From Elusimicrobia bacterium GWC2_61_19 (GTDB lineage Bacteria > Elusimicrobiota > Elusimicrobia > Elusimicrobiales > UBA9959), in NCBI GenBank assembly GCA_001799795.1, contig MGUD01000019.1:1-54283 (forward strand): a stretch of DNA of 54,283 bases, in the 5' to 3' direction. A program made the position numbers and the translations under genes. Positions 52,482 to 54,283 of the stretch are shown here, piece after piece. The first letter of the stretch is position 1, and each line of letters opens with the position of its first letter. The notes beneath the pieces are model-generated. The model saw only the letters and a list, made by a program, of their open reading frames with translations. It had not been told where the DNA came from and did not search any database.

Positions 52482-53894
52482 ATGAGTTCCCACCAGGCAA
52501 ACCATATTTCGTTCGGCACTGACGGGTTCCGCGGCATTGTCGCCAGGGACTTTACCTATGACGTGGTGAGGAAGACCGCCCAGGGCATGGCCGACTATAT
52601 CGCTTACAAGTACATGCGCACCGAAAAACCCTCCGTGGCCGTCGGCTACGACAGGCGCTTCATGTCGGACCGCTTCGCCCGCACGCTGGCCGACGTCCTG
52701 GCCGCCAACGGCCTGGAAGTCGCGCTCAGCGCCACCCCGCTGCCCACCCCGGCCATAAGCCTGCTCACCACCAAGGGCTACGGCCTGGGCGTCATAATAA
52801 CGGCCAGCCATAACCACCATTATTACAACGGCATTAAAGTGAAACAGAACGGCCGCTCCGCCCCGCCCTCCGTGACCGCGGAGATAGAGAATTACGTGGC
52901 CAAAGCCGTGCCGATGAAGCCGTCCGGCGCCCCGGTGGCCGTGAAGGATTTTCGGCCGGTCTACGCGGAGTACCTCAATTCCAAAGTGCCCGCCGCCAAG
53001 GTGCTGCCCAAGCTGCCCGGCACGGTGGTCATAGACTTCATGCACGGCGTGGGCGCCGAGACCGCCGCCTCCCTGTTCAACGCCAAGAACGTCGTCAGGC
53101 TGCGCGAGCGGCACGACCCGCTTTTCGGCGGGATGGCGCCGGAGCCGGTGGAGAAAAATCTGCAGGAACTGGTGGCCGCGGTGAAGAAGCACAAGGCGCT
53201 CTTCGGCGTGGCGCTGGACGGGGACGCGGACCGCTTCGCCCTGGTGTCCGACAAGGGCCAGTATATGACGCCCTGCCAGACCGCGCCGCTGCTGCTGGAC
53301 TACCTGCTTTCGAAAGGCAAGTACAAGGGCAAGGTGGTCCAGGCGGTGTCCATGGGCTACCTGACCAAGCGCATCGCCCGCGCCGCCGGGCTGCCCTTCG
53401 ACGAGGTCCCCGTGGGCTTCAAATATATAGCGGAAAAAATGCTCTCCGAAGACGTGACTTTCGGCGTGGAGGAGTCCGGCGGGTACGCCTGGAAAGGCAA
53501 CCTCCCCGAGCGCGACGGCGCCCTGACGGCCCTGTTCTTCATGGAGATGGCGGTAAAGACCGGCAAATCCGTCTCCGCCCTTTACGCGGAGATAGAAAAG
53601 AAGCACGGCAAGTCCTGCTTCATCCGCCGCGACTTCGATCTGGAGAAGGCCATCCCCAATAAGCACTCTTTCGCGGTCAAGATAAAGAAAAAACTGCCGA
53701 AAATCCTGCTGGGCCACAAGATAACGGAGACCAACACCATAGACGGCCTCAAGATCATACTGGACAACGACTGGTGGGTGCTGATGCGCCCCTCCGGCAC
53801 CGAACCGCTGCTGCGCACCTACGCGGAAACCGACAGCCAGGAGAACACCAAGAAGTTCCTGGACCTGGCCTTCAAGCTGGTAGAGCACAAGTAG
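52482..53894 (+). CDS. Phosphoglucomutase/phosphomannomutase family protein
   Basis: FGTDGFRG, TASHN, DGDADR, EESGG, RPSGTEP. Confidence 0.95.
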   Translation: MSSHQANHISFGTDGFRGIVARDFTYDVVRKTAQGMADYIAYKYMRTEKPSVAVGYDRRFMSDRFARTLADVLAANGLEVALSATPLPTPAISLLTTKGYGLGVIITASHNHHYYNGIKVKQNGRSAPPSVTAEIENYVAKAVPMKPSGAPVAVKDFRPVYAEYLNSKVPAAKVLPKLPGTVVIDFMHGVGAETAASLFNAKNVVRLRERHDPLFGGMAPEPVEKNLQELVAAVKKHKALFGVALDGDADRFALVSDKGQYMTPCQTAPLLLDYLLSKGKYKGKVVQAVSMGYLTKRIARAAGLPFDEVPVGFKYIAEKMLSEDVTFGVEESGGYAWKGNLPERDGALTALFFMEMAVKTGKSVSALYAEIEKKHGKSCFIRRDFDLEKAIPNKHSFAVKIKKKLPKILLGHKITETNTIDGLKIILDNDWWVLMRPSGTEPLLRTYAETDSQENTKKFLDLAFKLVEHK

Positions 53895-53898
53895 GGGG

Positions 53899-54039
53899 CG
53901 CTTGGGCGGCAGCCGGGGGGGTGCCCTTGAGCACCCTTTGCGGAAGGGGGCCCCGCCATCAAAGTAAGGCGGGGGGAACCGACGCAAGGGTTCCCTCTTC
54001 CAGGGTGCGCAAGGGCACCCCCCGGCTGCCGCCCGGGCG
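53899..54039. repeat. Long branched inverted-repeat structure
   Basis: ~38-bp arms (53899-53937 / 54002-54039) enclosing two small hairpins. Confidence 0.8.
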
Positions 54040-54092
54040 GGAGATGCGGAGAAATTTGTATAATTTAGTAATAATACAGGGAGGAAGATAAC

Positions 54093-54283
54093 ATGAACTT
54101 CAAAGGCAAAAGATACGTCAGCTCGGAGTCGGTGACCGAAGGGCACCCCGACAAAGTTTGCGACCAGATTTCGGACGCGGTGCTGGACGAGATAATGAAG
54201 AAGGACCCCGCCGGCCGCGTCGCCTGCGAGACCTTCATCACCCGCGGCATGGTGGTCGTGGGCGGCGAGATCACCACCAAGAC
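54093..54283 (+). CDS. metK: S-adenosylmethionine synthetase, N-terminal fragment
   Basis: [33 protein letters not shown]; GGAGG RBS. Confidence 0.97.
   Translation, partial: MNFKGKRYVSSESVTEGHPDKVCDQISDAVLDEIMKKDPAGRVACETFITRGMVVVGGEITTK

Noticed and set aside
53895-54092. SAM riboswitch upstream of metK
   Set aside because: No SAM-I core (ATC...GAT, kink-turn) seen, and the structure lies upstream of the likely metK -10.
2256-54146. Many long antisense or alternate-frame ORFs (for example 5384..6748-, 16710..18152-, 22292..23776-, 29088..30680-, 52467..54146-)
   Set aside because: They shadow well-identified genes, have no motifs, and are expected in high-GC coding DNA.

Overview
GC-rich chromosomal window from a diderm bacterium. 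Elusimicrobiota is my tentative guess from the gene content and the style of the secreted hypotheticals; this is not verified. The backbone is housekeeping: guaA-guaB, scpB, amgK/murU, rpsF-ssb-rpsR-rplI-dnaB-alr-mlaEFD-radA-PIN/TRAM-ispDF-cysS, pyrB, glycerate kinase, PGM/PMM and partial metK. The standout is a ~5 kb, visibly lower-GC islet directly after tRNA-Gly(GCC) that looks like a sactipeptide RiPP gene cluster. It holds a secreted TPR protein, a 48-aa precursor missing from the ORF track (35349..35495; subtilosin-like leader, CxxCxxCxxCxxC core), an AlbA-like RRE-radical SAM-SPASM maturase and a three-gene ABC exporter, with no peptidase. Other observations: a RAYT-type HUH transposase bounded by 29-bp terminal inverted repeats; a palindromic AGGGCC-N4-GGCCCT-type box exactly 21 bp upstream of -10 elements at five promoters; two candidate tandem sRNAs; a CATAG-ending repeat array shared by two loci; frequent leaderless-type promoters; an HTH-MNT/HEPN pair; MlaD with a probable C-terminal beta-barrel; and a 140-nt branched hairpin upstream of metK. 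All family calls come from reading motifs by eye; no searches were run.
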